From Promethearchaeota archaeon (lineage in GTDB: Archaea; Asgardarchaeota; Lokiarchaeia; Sigyniarchaeales; SOKP01), in assembly GCA_048940925.1 (NCBI GenBank), contig JBHLOC010000028.1, forward strand, positions 1 through 64,000: DNA of 64,000 bases. Direction: 5' to 3'. Position 1 is the stretch's first letter; every line of letters starts with the position of its first letter. Under the pieces are notes generated by a model. The model did not search any database and was not told the origin of the DNA. It was given only the letters and a program-made list of their open reading frames with translations. This document shows, piece by piece, positions 63,066 to 64,000 of this stretch. The position numbers were made by a program, and so were the translations under genes.

Positions 63066-63106
63066 TATTTGATTATAACTAAAAGTTGATTAGATTAAGC
63101 TAAACT

Positions 63107-63964
63107 ATGAAAACAAAATACATTTTTATTGGATTTATAGTATTCAATTTAATGCCTTATCTGAATTCGACTTATTTCTTAAATAGTAATTTACAAATAT
63201 CCAATTATTCTTTAGGTTTTAAGGAAGGTGAAGTAAAAACTTATATAATCTCTTCTTTTAATGAAGATTTAGCCCAAGAATACTTAGGAAATCCATTTAT
63301 CTATACTTTTTTAGGTCAGAGAGCTTATCCTGGAGCTTATCGCTATATATTAATTAATAGTATTGAATATGTAGAAAATTTAATATCCTCAAATAATAGC
63401 CAGTTATGTAATGGATGGGTCATTAATATATCATCATGGGATTGGCTAACTAAAGACGACTGGGAACTTAGAATGGGGGATCCTGATGATATTTATAACA
63501 ATCTTATAATTTATGAAAATCCTCAAGATCTTGGTGAAAATTTCTATAACATCGAGGAAATGTCGGATGAACAAAAATATTTATATGATTATTTAAATTT
63601 TCCATATGCCATTCCTACACCAGTAAACGTTTATTTAAGTAGAATTGAATGGGCTCCAAATTGGTCTATAGAAGGTACAAAAATTTCGATAAAATACAAA
63701 GAAGTACAAGAAAAATATGTTGAAAAAATTCATTATTTCAATAAAAATGGATTCCTCAAGAAAACACTTCTTCTAACTGATAATGGAAAAATAATTTTTG
63801 AATATTGTTTAGAACCTGAAAGTAAACCTATAATTATTTTGAGTTTATTTATTTGCATAGCAATTAGTGCTTCAATTGGTTTAATTTATCTCTTTATAAA
63901 AAAGGTAAAAATAGAAATCCCAAAGTATAAAAAAGATCAAAATGTTCATGTAAATCAAATTTAA
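63107..63964 (+). CDS. Hypothetical exported protein with C-terminal TM anchor
   Basis: Signal-like N-terminus, C-terminal TM and basic tail. Confidence 0.7.
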   Translation: MKTKYIFIGFIVFNLMPYLNSTYFLNSNLQISNYSLGFKEGEVKTYIISSFNEDLAQEYLGNPFIYTFLGQRAYPGAYRYILINSIEYVENLISSNNSQLCNGWVINISSWDWLTKDDWELRMGDPDDIYNNLIIYENPQDLGENFYNIEEMSDEQKYLYDYLNFPYAIPTPVNVYLSRIEWAPNWSIEGTKISIKYKEVQEKYVEKIHYFNKNGFLKKTLLLTDNGKIIFEYCLEPESKPIIILSLFICIAISASIGLIYLFIKKVKIEIPKYKKDQNVHVNQI

Positions 63965-64000
63965 GAACTAATATTCGCCGAATAAATACTCAAACTCCCA

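Overview
AT-rich archaeal chromosome segment, most likely from an Asgard archaeon of the Lokiarchaeia type. This is inferred from a Rab-like GTPase, a longin-Arf GTPase with a roadblock partner, ubiquitin E1 and E2 enzymes, GIPGY C-terminal anchors and GGTGA ribosome-binding sites. The left half (1-33 kb) holds regulators, Fe-S proteins, surface proteins, an HDAC-family enzyme, a two-intron tRNA-Tyr, E2 and E1, a 2124-aa helical repeat protein, a corrinoid activator, GTPases and housekeeping genes. The right half (33-64 kb) is a surface-glycan cluster: six GT4, two GT2, two flippases, two epimerases, two GT-C-like membrane proteins, a sulfotransferase and an AsnB-type amidotransferase. Main finding: the E1 gene is interrupted inside its GVGAL|GCE glycine-rich motif by a 30-nt, stop-containing insert (16432-16461, minus strand). 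The insert folds as a relaxed bulge-helix-bulge like the two nearby tRNA introns, so it is a candidate tRNA-endonuclease-type mRNA intron gating ubiquitin activation. Also found: probable ATT starts for E2 and the longin-GTPase, decayed phosphonate genes (PEP mutase and a cytidylyltransferase), and an unexplained ~135-nt structured RNA-like hairpin. All protein calls come from motif recognition by eye; no searches were run.
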